Source: an uncultured Acidobacteriaceae bacterium (GTDB lineage Bacteria; Acidobacteriota; Terriglobia; Terriglobales; Acidobacteriaceae). From it: a stretch of 64,000 nucleotides of DNA. Shown here one piece after another: positions 19,179 to 28,660 of this stretch. The notes beneath the pieces were generated by a model. That model saw only the letters and a list, made by a program, of their open reading frames with translations, did no database searches and was not told the DNA's origin. A program made the translations under genes and the position numbers. The stretch lies in NCBI GenBank assembly GCA_963731405.1, contig CAVSVS010000018.1, positions 14,704-78,703 on the forward strand, read 5' to 3'. The number at the start of each line of letters is the position of its first letter. The first letter of the stretch is position 1.

Positions 19179-20193
19179 TTACCGAGGGAGTGCTTTGAAC
19201 GCAAAGAGCTGCTCGCGCGGGATCAGGCGAATTGTTTGAACCTCTGGAAAGCCGGCATCATGCAACTGGCGGATGAGTTCGGGCTTCGTGGGAAGTCTGC
19301 CGCCAGTCAATGTTGCAGCACCCCAAAGGTTGAGAACTTCCACCCCCAGGCTCCCTCCCTGACAACAGGTGATCAGCAATAGAAAACCGCCGGGCTGGAT
19401 GAACTGCCTGATATGTTGGAGCAGCGAAACTCGGCTCTCCACCTGGGAAATAGTAGATATTGTTGTAAAGCGTGACGATGCTGAAATGCTCGTCGGGAGC
19501 TTTCCGTCGGATATCTCCTACTTCGATTCTCACTCGCCCTTCGAGACCCCATTCAGCGATATTGCGGCGAGCGACCTCGGCGACATTTGGCTGCAACTCC
19601 AAACCGACGGCTGTCAGAGAGGGATTTCTGTTGGCGGCATGTTGAATGTAAACACCGGAGCCACAGCCAATCTCAAGCAGGCGGGCAACTCCAGAGGCCG
19701 GGAAGAATCGATCGATGGCTTCCGTCTGGAAAGCTTCCATGATCCGCGAGGACCTGGCGATGATTTCTCCATCCTGATCCTCGAGCTTCCATAGTTCCCC
19801 ATTGCGAAGTTTGCCGACGGTCTGTGAGATCAAGTTGGAATGGAGTCCCGCCGCTTCCTGAAGCAGGGCCAGCGCGGCATCGTTCTGGGGCAACGCCAGC
19901 TTTTTGGCCAAGCCCTTAAGCGCATAGCCCCTGGGATTCAATCGTAGATAACCAAGCCGAACCCCCAGACCCAGCCAAGCCTATAAAGCTTCCCGCGCCT
20001 TGTCATCTGTGCAATAAACTTCGGCAAGCTGTTCAAGATCTTTTGGCGCATCTCGTAACAATTCGAAAAGACCGCTCTCTTTGGCTGCGACTAAATAATT
20101 GAGTTGATAGAGAGGTTTCAGCAAGGCATTGCTGCCGGTCAAGGCCAGGAGCTGATGATTCATCATGAGCTTGAGAATCGGTTTGATGGACAT
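19179..20193 (-). pseudogene. Disrupted SAM-dependent (O-)methyltransferase gene
   Basis: Three track ORFs (19981..20193, 19258..19941, 19179..19442) join into one methyltransferase. ...DDKAREAL-TAG(19981-19983)-AWLGLGVRLGYLRLNPRGY continues in the same frame. Motif I is LLEIGCGSGVY. At about 19440-19446 the sequence YYFP then shifts frame into VESRVSLLQHIRQFIQPGGFLLL. Confidence 0.75.
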
Positions 20194-20572
20194 GGTCGCG
20201 GAATCACCCGCACATCGAACTAGCCGGTGAGGGAGTTCTGAGTGTTGGCTTGGTTACAACAGTTACCCTTTAAGAGCGCGGATTGTGACTGATCGTGTCG
20301 ACCACGAGGTCGATGCTGTATCCCTTTAAAACGCATGAACTCAAAGCGTCTTGATTCGCCTTTGCGTCGGTCAGGACCTTTCAAAGGAAAGCACGATAAT
20401 CATTTTCCGAAACCTAGTTGTCGAAAAATCCTCATACGCTCGTTGTTCCCCTGGCGTCGGCCAATTCCCATGAGTCTATTGCTAGTGGGTTTCCTAGCTG
20501 CCTCACAGCCAATGGGCCTTCGAGGGCAGCGAACATCTGCCTCGTGGGAGGATGACTCGCGGGAAATGCACG

Positions 20573-21286
20573 TCAGGGGTTATCCGAGGAATCAGCCGTA
20601 CCGTCAGACCACTTGGCGACCGGAACCAAGAATACGGTCAGCCGATCCAGAGGGTCGGCAGCTGCGAGAATCGGGGAGCCTGGCAAATCTGCTCCCCAGG
20701 TCGCAGCGTCCGTTGCCGGAACGAAAAACATCAGGTGGGGATGCCAGTGCCCTCCGCGATCGCTTAGATACCCTTCTCTCGACAGCATATAGCACATGGC
20801 ACCAGGTTCAAGCGCGGGCAATTCATTCTTGTCGAGGGCAGCTTTGAGGTTCTCGACCATTTGAGCTTTGGATTGTCCGGCCAATATCAAATTGGTCTTC
20901 TTGATGATTAGTGGCAGATAGGTTCGTGCGGCGGACGGATTGAAACAGATGGGAGCACGCAGCTTGGGATTCCAAAAATCCGGATCGTCGATTCCTGCGG
21001 TCCACGATCGTTGCACAACACATACGAAACCGTTCTTGCCTTTGACTGCGGTTTCATAGCCGTTCCGTCCCAGGACCAAAACCTCGGCATCGCGTGAGAT
21101 GGATTCCGGGGCCGCAGTCCGAGCCAAGGCTATCTCGGCATCGCGATTCGGCATCAGGTATTGCTCAAGCGGTGCCATGGCGGGATACGATGCCTTGGCG
21201 GCCTCTGCCTGCGCTGGCCACGCTGCAAGCATCATGACCAGAACGAAGTTTGTTGCGATGATCGCCCTGAGAATCTTCTGCCTCAT
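20573..21286 (-). CDS. Hypothetical secreted protein
   Basis: 237 aa with a signal peptide (MRQKILRAIIATNFVLVMMLAAWPAQA). The composition looks like real coding sequence, but I recognise no domain. Confidence 0.7.
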   Translation of the reverse strand: MRQKILRAIIATNFVLVMMLAAWPAQAEAAKASYPAMAPLEQYLMPNRDAEIALARTAAPESISRDAEVLVLGRNGYETAVKGKNGFVCVVQRSWTAGIDDPDFWNPKLRAPICFNPSAARTYLPLIIKKTNLILAGQSKAQMVENLKAALDKNELPALEPGAMCYMLSREGYLSDRGGHWHPHLMFFVPATDAATWGADLPGSPILAAADPLDRLTVFLVPVAKWSDGTADSSDNP

Positions 21287-21449
21287 GGATTTCTCCTCGA
21301 ATGTCCTCCGAAGGACGTTGCGATCAATATAATCCCAACCGCTACCGCGGTATTACCACAAATACCGTGTTGACCCACGATGATTGAATTGGCAATCTTT
21401 GCAATCGCAGCCAAATGTCTTGGTCCGCGGGTGTTATCCTGCTTCGGTT

Positions 21450-21866
21450 ATGGAAGCCAAAGGTTTGACACCGATCTTGAACGTGTCTGACATCGGCAGC
21501 ACGTTCACATGGTTTGAGAAGTGGGGATGGAAGAAATTGTGGGACTGGGGCACGCCTCCGACATTTGGCGCAGTTGGATCGGGCAAGGAAACTTGCATCT
21601 TTCTTTGTCAAGGAGCGCAAGGAGGCCGCGGTCGCGGAGCGAACACCACCACGTTTCAGCGGGACGGTGACGAAGAGGGCGACAAGGGCGTCTGGATGTC
21701 GGTTTGGGTGGACGACGTGGACGAGATGCACCGGCACTGCGTCGCCGCCGGATTGGAAGTAACATTTCCGCCCACCGATATGCCGTGGCATGTCCGCGAG
21801 ATGCATCTTCGCCATCCGGACGGCCACGTGTTCCGGATCGGCCGGGGATTCGAGCCCCAAAAGTAG
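21450..21866 (+). CDS. VOC family protein (glyoxalase/bleomycin-resistance-like)
   Basis: ATG 21450 (MEAKGLTPILNVSDI). The pattern WFEKWGW...VWVDDVDEMH...MPWHVREMHLRHPDGHVFRIG is typical of bleomycin-resistance/glyoxalase-fold proteins. Confidence 0.8.
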   Translation: MEAKGLTPILNVSDIGSTFTWFEKWGWKKLWDWGTPPTFGAVGSGKETCIFLCQGAQGGRGRGANTTTFQRDGDEEGDKGVWMSVWVDDVDEMHRHCVAAGLEVTFPPTDMPWHVREMHLRHPDGHVFRIGRGFEPQK

Positions 21867-22099
21867 AAGGCAACGTAGCTGCAGAGTGTTTGCCGCAGGA
21901 AGCAGAGTACTCGCGGTGTGATTAACGTCACAGACATTCCCTCCTTCATCCGCGCAGCATGAATGTGTCTTGCACGATCTTGCCTCTCCGAAGAGCCCGC
22001 CAATTGACAGGTCTCAGGTCGGGCAATCCCAGCGCACGAAATTAACAGTCAGCGAATTGTGCCGCTAGGGGAAGACACTGATAAAGCCCACGCGTCGCT

Positions 22100-22113
22100 G
22101 TGATCATGATCAC
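22100..22113. promoter_or_regulatory. Perfect 14-bp palindrome GTGATCATGATCAC, a candidate operator upstream of the permease pair
   Basis: It is self-complementary, lies 46 nt upstream of ATG 22159, and is flanked by direct repeats AAGCCCACGCGT at 22084-22095 and 22133-22144. Confidence 0.3.
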
Positions 22114-22158
22114 GGCATGCAGAAATGATACGAAGCCCACGCGTACTAGGGAGTAAGT

Positions 22159-23439
22159 ATGAACTTTGCGGTTCCGAGGTTCGTACTTTCTATTATGAGG
22201 AGATTTGCCGGCAGCTTCGTCGAAGTGTTACGGGCCATGTGGACGCACAAGCTTCGTTCGTTCCTCACCATGTTTGGGATTGCGTGGGGGGTGGGATCGC
22301 TGCTGCTGCTGGTGGGATTAGGTGAGGGCTTTCGCGCGGGAACCAGCAAAAATCTGGCGAGCTTCGGCGAAGACTTCATGCAGATTTACAACGGACGGGT
22401 TCCGGCGGTTGGGAGCAGCCAACTTTCCTCGCGCCAGTACTACCTGAATTACCAGGACTATTTGGATATTCGAAGCTCGCAGTTTGTGCGGAACGCCACG
22501 CCGATCATTTACCGCGGCGACCTGCGCCTGGTGAGTGAGTATGGCAGCAGCAACGGTTATGTGGATGGCTCGGAGCCGCAGTTCTCAGAGATTCGCTACC
22601 AGCCGATCGAGCAAGGGCGCTGGTTGAACTGGAACGACGAACGCGAGCGTCATAACGTCTGCGTGATTGGAAGCGAATTTGTCCGCCTGTTGTTTCCCGG
22701 CAGGCCAGCCGTGGGGGCCACGATCCTTATCAATAGCGTGCCCTTCGAGGTGATCGGAACGCTGCAGAAGGTTGGACACGGAAACAACAACGGCCAGAAC
22801 ATGCGCCTGATCATGCCGTATACCACGATGGCGATCTATTTCCCGATGCAGGGCTCAGGCAACGCGAAGGCGATTAAGTACGTAGCCTACCAGCCGATCA
22901 CACGACAGCAGCATGAACAAGCGAAGAAAGCCGTGCGGAGTATTGTTGCGAGAAATCACAACTTTGATCCTGAGACGCCAGACGCTTTTGACGACTGGGA
23001 TTCGATCGCCACGGCGGAGATGGTGGGCAAAATTTCCGATGCCATGGATACGTTCCTGGGAGCCGTCGGACTGGTGACACTCGGTCTGGGGGCAATCGGA
23101 GTGATCAACATCATGCTGGTGTCGGTGAGCGAGCGCACGAAAGAGATTGGGCTGCGGAAGGCGCTGGGCGCGACCAGGCGAAACATCTTGTTCCAGTTTT
23201 TCATGGAAGGGTTGATGCTCACCGGAATCAGCGGCGCGATTGGTGTAGGCGGGGCCTACGTGGCCACCAAACTATTCGGACTGGCGCCGCCGATCGATGG
23301 ATTCGAATTGCCGCACATTTATCCGGCGACGGCTGTGCTCGCCATGGGCAGTCTTGCTTTGGCAGGGATTGTTGCCGGACTGTATCCGGCGCGGCGGGCA
23401 GCTTTGCTCCAGCCCGTAGAGGCCCTTCGTCAGGAGTAA
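22159..23439 (+). CDS. MacB-type ABC transporter permease (MacB periplasmic core domain plus FtsX)
   Basis: 426 aa. The N-terminal TM is LRSFLTMFGIAWGVGSLLLLVGLGEG, followed by a large periplasmic domain. The C-terminal FtsX motif is ERTKEIGLRKALGATRRNILFQF. Confidence 0.9.
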   Translation: MNFAVPRFVLSIMRRFAGSFVEVLRAMWTHKLRSFLTMFGIAWGVGSLLLLVGLGEGFRAGTSKNLASFGEDFMQIYNGRVPAVGSSQLSSRQYYLNYQDYLDIRSSQFVRNATPIIYRGDLRLVSEYGSSNGYVDGSEPQFSEIRYQPIEQGRWLNWNDERERHNVCVIGSEFVRLLFPGRPAVGATILINSVPFEVIGTLQKVGHGNNNGQNMRLIMPYTTMAIYFPMQGSGNAKAIKYVAYQPITRQQHEQAKKAVRSIVARNHNFDPETPDAFDDWDSIATAEMVGKISDAMDTFLGAVGLVTLGLGAIGVINIMLVSVSERTKEIGLRKALGATRRNILFQFFMEGLMLTGISGAIGVGGAYVATKLFGLAPPIDGFELPHIYPATAVLAMGSLALAGIVAGLYPARRAALLQPVEALRQE

Positions 23440-23442
23440 AGA

Positions 23443-24696
23443 ATGATCCAGGCGAAAGATGTTTTCTCGGAAGCGTATCGGTCCCTCAAGAACAACCGGC
23501 AGCGAAGTGCGCTCACCATGCTGGGAATGGCGTGGGGAATCGCCACGGTAGTGCTGTTGCTGGCCTACGGCACAGGTTTCTCTACTGCCATCGTCAACAT
23601 ATTCCGGAGCTATGCCAGCATGGCAGCGATGGGGGTCGCCGGCGGGCGCACGTCGATGCAGGCGGGAGGAAACAAGGCCGGCACCAGCATCCGCTTGACG
23701 ACGGACGACATCGATCGGGTGGTGGTGAATGTGCCGGAAGTGACGCGCATTACTCCCGAATCGTTTATCGATGTGCCCGTCAGTTACGAGGGACGTTCGT
23801 ACACATGGACTGTGCATGGTGGCAATGCCGCGCTCCAGGAAATTCAGAACCTGCAATTGGATCTCGGTCGCTTTTACAGCGCAGGAGATTTGCAACTGCG
23901 CGCGCGTGTCTGCGTGCTGGGATCGGAATCCAGGGAAAAGCTGTTTTCAGGCCGCTTCCCTCTAGGCGACAAGATTCGAATCAGCGGCATTCCTTACGAA
24001 GTCATCGGGGTGCTGAAGCCCCGACCGCAGGAAGGCAGCGAGAACAGCATCAATCGCGTTGTCTATATTCCCTTCCCCACCATGAGCGACTTCCGCAATA
24101 CGTATTTCATCGACATGATCTGGCTAGATTTTGTCGGCAACGACTATGGCAGCGTGGAGAAGTCGGTTCGGAACACGCTGGCGGCACAACACAATTTCCG
24201 TGCCGACGATAAGCGGGCTCTGTTCGTCTTCAGCATGATGGAGCAGCTTTCGCAATTTCGCATCATTACTCTTGCGCTGCAGGTGATGCTCGCCTTTATT
24301 GGAACCCTGACTTTGGGGATTGGCGGCGTAGGGCTGATGAACATCATGCTGGTGAGCGTGACTCAGCGAACGCGTGAGATCGGAGTAGAGAAGGCATTGG
24401 GCGCTCGCCGCTTCGATGTGATGGTGCAGTTCTTGTCGGAGGCGCTTGCGATTACTTTCTTCGGCGGCTTTTTGGGAATTGTGCTTGCATACGTCATTTC
24501 GTTTTCTGTGGGGAAACTCACCTTTTATAGTGCGCTGGCGCAGCACGGAGAAGCGGGCGACATTCGGCTCATTATTTCTCCGGTCAGCGTGTTGGTTTCT
24601 ACCGCAATCCTGGCGTTGGTGGGATTGGTCAGCGGGATGATTCCGGCGATACGCGCGTCCCGTCTCGATCCGATTGAGGCGTTGCGGTACGAATAG
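23443..24696 (+). CDS. MacB-type ABC transporter permease, paralogous to the upstream gene
   Basis: 417 aa with the same architecture (QRSALTMLGMAWGIATVVLLLAYG; QRTREIGVEKALGARRFDVMVQF). It starts 4 nt after the previous stop. Confidence 0.9.
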   Translation: MIQAKDVFSEAYRSLKNNRQRSALTMLGMAWGIATVVLLLAYGTGFSTAIVNIFRSYASMAAMGVAGGRTSMQAGGNKAGTSIRLTTDDIDRVVVNVPEVTRITPESFIDVPVSYEGRSYTWTVHGGNAALQEIQNLQLDLGRFYSAGDLQLRARVCVLGSESREKLFSGRFPLGDKIRISGIPYEVIGVLKPRPQEGSENSINRVVYIPFPTMSDFRNTYFIDMIWLDFVGNDYGSVEKSVRNTLAAQHNFRADDKRALFVFSMMEQLSQFRIITLALQVMLAFIGTLTLGIGGVGLMNIMLVSVTQRTREIGVEKALGARRFDVMVQFLSEALAITFFGGFLGIVLAYVISFSVGKLTFYSALAQHGEAGDIRLIISPVSVLVSTAILALVGLVSGMIPAIRASRLDPIEALRYE

Positions 24697-24703
24697 GACA
24701 TTT

Positions 24704-24907
24704 ATGGAACGAACGGTGGATGAGGCGGAGTACGTGTTGGCGGTCTTACAGCGGATGAGGTGCGAGGTCTTCGCGAATCCCGAATTGTTTGATCGCGATG
24801 CGCAACGGCGGATTGATGAAGCAATCGTTTGCATCCAGCAGGTGATTCGGTCGACTCAGACGGAGTTGATGATCTATAGCGCGCAGGATGAGACGAAAGC
24901 TGCCTGA
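24704..24907 (+). CDS. Small hypothetical cytoplasmic protein (67 aa)
   Basis: ATG 24704 lies 8 nt after the permease stop. The sequence MERTVDEAEYVLAVLQRMRCEVFANPELFDRDAQRRIDEAI... looks helical. No domain is recognised and the RBS is weak. Confidence 0.45.
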   Translation: MERTVDEAEYVLAVLQRMRCEVFANPELFDRDAQRRIDEAIVCIQQVIRSTQTELMIYSAQDETKAA

Positions 24908-24966
24908 CTTCCCTGCTGACTCGCTGCGCACTTCCCTGCTGGAATGTACCGGTCGTCATAGAGGCG

Positions 24967-24996
24967 AAAAAATACCGCCGAGCGGCCACCCGGCGG
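24967..24996 (-). terminator. Rho-independent terminator candidate for the minus strand
   Basis: The minus-strand RNA reads CCGCCG-10 nt-CGGCGG followed by TATTTTTT, about 30 nt downstream of the stop of the 25027..25335 gene. Confidence 0.5.
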
Positions 24997-25026
24997 GTCA
25001 GGAAACAACCAGTCGTCAGCGTGCAG

Positions 25027-25335
25027 TCAGGCTGCGAGCTTCTGCCCCAGGAACTCCTTGGCCTTGGCTACTTCGGAATCCCATTTTGTGAGCTGGTCGG
25101 GTGTCAGGAAACTTACCAGGCGTTGACGAATCGCAGTACGATTCTCGGCAACTCTCCTGATCAGATCCTCCTTGGATGCATTCGGGTTCTGTTGCTTGTA
25201 CTCCTGCAATTTTTCAGATGCTTCCGTCATGAAGGCCTGAACCTTCTGCTTTTGATCGTCGGAGAGATTCAAATCGGCTCCGATTCTCTTCAATTCGCTA
25301 GCGATGGAATCGCGTAGTTCGGGCGTAAGAGGCAT
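25027..25335 (-). CDS. Small helical hypothetical protein with two LTXXQ-like motifs
   Basis: The track ORF was trimmed to ATG 25333-25335, preceded by AAGGAG. The 102-aa product contains LSDDQKQKV and LTPDQLTKW and has no signal peptide. Confidence 0.6.
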   Translation of the reverse strand: MPLTPELRDSIASELKRIGADLNLSDDQKQKVQAFMTEASEKLQEYKQQNPNASKEDLIRRVAENRTAIRQRLVSFLTPDQLTKWDSEVAKAKEFLGQKLAA

Positions 25336-25639
25336 AATTTGCTCCTTCTGTGAAAGGCTGGAATCGTTTGAACGTTGTGGAGAAGCAAACTGTAGATCCA
25401 AAAGACGAGGACGTCGACTGTCAGGTCTGCTAAGCCATGACTGGGAATTCACACAGGGGATGAAGTGCGTGACTTGCGCAAAATTCTGGGGCGGGAGCAT
25501 CCAGTGCTGTGTCATTAAAGATGCAATCCAATCTGAAGATTCCTTTGACGACCTTCCAGCATTCGTAAACGAGCAAGCAAAAGGATGGCTTGCAAGCCGC
25601 CACTGTCTCGCGGAGCTGAGCGTTCGCTAGCAAGCTGTG

Positions 25640-26698
25640 TCATGGCGCAGCGTTGTCGCCGTTGATTTTAAATATTCCTACGCGGTTGTTCTGAGAATCC
25701 ACAACGTAGAGGGAGCGAGCTGCGTCAATCCATATGGCGGATGGATGGCTGAAGTTTGCGCCTTTCACCGTGCTGCAATCAAACGTGTAGCGCTTTTGCC
25801 CTTCGCGACCAAGCACCTGGATCTGGTCCAGACTGGAATCGCTAATGTAGATATTGCTCCGGCTGTCCACAGCCAATCCGGTGCGTCGGTCTGCATAGGC
25901 CAGGTTCAGGGCGCGAAGGAAATGTCCGCCGGTATCGAAAACCTGAATGCGCTTGTTGCCGGTATCGAGCACGAAGACTTCATTACCAGCGACGGCGACG
26001 ACGGTGGGGAAACGGAACTCTCCGGGACCGGTACCACCGCCCCGGTTGCCTAGTTTACGAACCAGCTTTCCACGCTCGTCCATTACATAGATCAAGTGGC
26101 CTTGCCGATCGCAGACGTAGGTGCGTCGCGAAGACTTATCGACTGCGATCCCGGACGGATCGTCGAAGTACGATTCTCCTCCTCGCAGCTTTCCGAGACG
26201 ACGATGGAATTTTCCATTGGAGTCGTAGACGAGCACGCTTCTACTGCTTTGGTCGAGGACGTAGAGGTTATCTTGACTGTCGACAGCGAGCGATACAGGG
26301 GTGTGAAGACGGTCGCCATGTCGATCCAAGCGATCATATTTCGAGTGAACAAAGTCGAAAACGTGCACAGTATGGACGCCGGGATCGGCGACGAAGATCC
26401 GATGGCTGGAGTCCGTCGCGACGGCCGACGGTGATTTCAGCGCGTCGACGCGAACTTCAGCATCCGCGGGGCCGGCAATGATGTTGAGGGTGCGGTCCAG
26501 AACGGGGTGTTCGGGTCTGACATCGTCCGCTGATGAGAATGCGCGCACGAAACTGAGTGGGGGAGACTGGGTTGTTTGGGAGGAAGTTGCAGAAGTCTGG
26601 TCCCAGGCTACCGGGCGGCTTGAGACAACGCAGAATGCGAGGAGTCCCCGGGCAAGAAACGCCAGCCTGTAATTGGCCCGGGATCGCTGTAGAAACAT
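25640..26698 (-). CDS. NHL-repeat beta-propeller protein, secreted
   Basis: 352 aa with six NHL-like blades (RIFVADPGVHTVHVFD, NLYVLDQSSRSVLVYD, YVCDRQGHLIYVMD, EVFVLDTGNKRIQVFD, IYISDSSLDQIQVL, LYVVDSQNNRVGIFK). Confidence 0.85.
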   Translation of the reverse strand: MFLQRSRANYRLAFLARGLLAFCVVSSRPVAWDQTSATSSQTTQSPPLSFVRAFSSADDVRPEHPVLDRTLNIIAGPADAEVRVDALKSPSAVATDSSHRIFVADPGVHTVHVFDFVHSKYDRLDRHGDRLHTPVSLAVDSQDNLYVLDQSSRSVLVYDSNGKFHRRLGKLRGGESYFDDPSGIAVDKSSRRTYVCDRQGHLIYVMDERGKLVRKLGNRGGGTGPGEFRFPTVVAVAGNEVFVLDTGNKRIQVFDTGGHFLRALNLAYADRRTGLAVDSRSNIYISDSSLDQIQVLGREGQKRYTFDCSTVKGANFSHPSAIWIDAARSLYVVDSQNNRVGIFKINGDNAAP

Positions 26699-26793
26699 GG
26701 CTCGACTCCGTTGTGCGGAAGCGCTCCAGTGTCCAATCCGCTTCTAGTCAAAACCATTGTTGCACGTCTCGCCGCTTGGTTGAAATGCGGCGA

Positions 26794-27276
26794 CTATCCT
26801 TTTTTGGGGAGATCGGCGGGTTGAATCTGAGAGTCAGGGTCGGCGGCGACCTCGTTGTCACAGAAGCGAGCAAACTCATCGAACCACCGCGAAGTGAGAC
26901 TCCTCAAAAACTCTGAGGCTCCGCCCGGCATCTCGGGCTCGCCGACAACATACGCTTCCACCCGAATTCGGGTGCCGTTTTGCAGTTCCTCCAAGTTGAT
27001 CGTTCTCTCTGTCGCGAACCCAGCGTCTCGTGTTTGCGATAGGTATCGAATCAAAGCGGGAGGATTGCACTTCCGGATTACGTACCGGCCGGAGACCACG
27101 ATTGGGAAATTCAACTGGCCGACGAGCGCGCTTCCCTCGGCCCAGGGAGTTCCGTCCCAGCGCAGGTCGGAATACATATCGGAGAACATTGGCCAGTTGT
27201 TGATATCGGTGAGCAGGCTCCAGACCCGGTCGCGAGGAAGCGTTGTGACGACGGAATGGGAAAAGGAGACAGCCAC
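26794..27276 (-). CDS. SRPBCC (START/polyketide-cyclase-like) family protein
   Basis: 160 aa. The sequence SHSVVTTLPRDRVWSLLTDINNWPMF is typical of SRPBCC proteins. Confidence 0.8.
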   Translation of the reverse strand: MAVSFSHSVVTTLPRDRVWSLLTDINNWPMFSDMYSDLRWDGTPWAEGSALVGQLNFPIVVSGRYVIRKCNPPALIRYLSQTRDAGFATERTINLEELQNGTRIRVEAYVVGEPEMPGGASEFLRSLTSRWFDEFARFCDNEVAADPDSQIQPADLPKKG

Positions 27277-27489
27277 ACGCCCTCGATCTTTGCCGCCATT
27301 GGCTTATATCACGAAGCGCAGCAAAAGGCGCAACTCAACCAAGGGTTCTTCCTCGAAAAGCGCCGAATGGATGATGGTGACGTGCGGCGAATAAGGGAAA
27401 AGCTTGCGCAACCCGACCTTCAGGTATTTTTCATGTTCCGGCTCTAGGGTTAGTCCGACATTGTTGGAACGTCTTGTGGAGGATCTCAA

Positions 27490-28518
27490 ATGCACTTTCG
27501 GAGTTTATTGGCTGCGTTACTGCTGACGGCGATCTCGTTTACGTTGAGCGGACAGGTTGCGGCGCAGAGCAAATGGGTGGTCGAAAAGACATTTCATGTT
27601 GGCGGTGAGGGCGGGTGGGACTACATCACGGTGGACAGCGCGAATCATCGCCTGTACGTTCCGAGAAGCACGCACACGATGGTCATCGATGACGATTCGG
27701 GCAAGACGATCGGGGACATCCCCGGACAGAAACATAACCATGGAGTGGCTGTGGTTCCGGAGGCTGGTCGAGGCTTCATCAGCGACGGTAACGGTGCAGT
27801 CGTGATTTTCGATCTTAAGACGAATGCGGTGCTGGGCACGATCGCGGCACAGCCCGATGCGGACGGCATTATTTACGACAAGGCCAGCGGACTGGTGCTG
27901 GTGGTTTCAGGGGACAACGGAGTGCTGATGACGCTGAAGCCGGATGTCGATCCGAAAACAGGGTCGATCGATCCGCCGATTGAGTTGGGCGGCAAGCCCG
28001 AGTTTCTTGCGTCCGATGGCGCGGGCAAGGTCTATATCAATTTGGAGGATAAGGACCAAGTCGCGGTCGTCGACATCAAGGGGAGGAAAGTATTGGCGCA
28101 TTGGCCGGTGGCTCCGGGTGGCGCACCAGTAGGGCTCTCGATCGATCCCACGAAGCGGCGACTGTTTATTGGATGTCGAAATCCGCAGAAGCTGATTGTG
28201 ATGAGCACCGACGACGGCAAGGTGATTGCAGACTTGCCGATCGGCGCGGGCGTGGACGCGACTAGGTTCGACGGCGGGGAGGCATTCGCGAGTTGCCGAG
28301 ATGGAAAGCTGAATGTCGCAGCCGAGAACATGTCTGGCAAGTTCGAGATCGTACAGACTGTGACCACCGCGGTTGGGGCGAGGACAATGGATGTTGATCC
28401 CGGAACGCAGAAGATCTATTTGCCCACTGCGGAATTTGAGGAACAGAAGCCGGGAGCATCGGGACGTCCGGCCGCCAAGCCCGGGAGCTTTATGATCCTG
28501 GTCGTGGCGCGGCGCTAG
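27490..28518 (+). CDS. YncE/YVTN-like beta-propeller protein, secreted
   Basis: 342 aa with a signal peptide. It has repeated NHRLYV / RGFISDG / KVYINLED / RRLFIGC blade patterns. Confidence 0.85.
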   Translation: MHFRSLLAALLLTAISFTLSGQVAAQSKWVVEKTFHVGGEGGWDYITVDSANHRLYVPRSTHTMVIDDDSGKTIGDIPGQKHNHGVAVVPEAGRGFISDGNGAVVIFDLKTNAVLGTIAAQPDADGIIYDKASGLVLVVSGDNGVLMTLKPDVDPKTGSIDPPIELGGKPEFLASDGAGKVYINLEDKDQVAVVDIKGRKVLAHWPVAPGGAPVGLSIDPTKRRLFIGCRNPQKLIVMSTDDGKVIADLPIGAGVDATRFDGGEAFASCRDGKLNVAAENMSGKFEIVQTVTTAVGARTMDVDPGTQKIYLPTAEFEEQKPGASGRPAAKPGSFMILVVARR

Positions 28519-28660
28519 TAATAACGAGGTGGAGGCCGGGCGAGGAGCAGCGGGTCGTCCGGTACGTTTGAACGGGGTGATCGCGATCAGACAGAAACCT
28601 TCGTTTCGGCTTTGCTTCGGAAGCAGGCGCCGGGGGATAATTCTGTCGCGATCATGTGAG

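Noticed and set aside
20335-20847. 170-aa plus-strand ORF
   Set aside because: It is Arg/Ser/Pro-rich and overlaps the 3' end of the better-supported secreted-protein gene 20573..21286 on the opposite strand.
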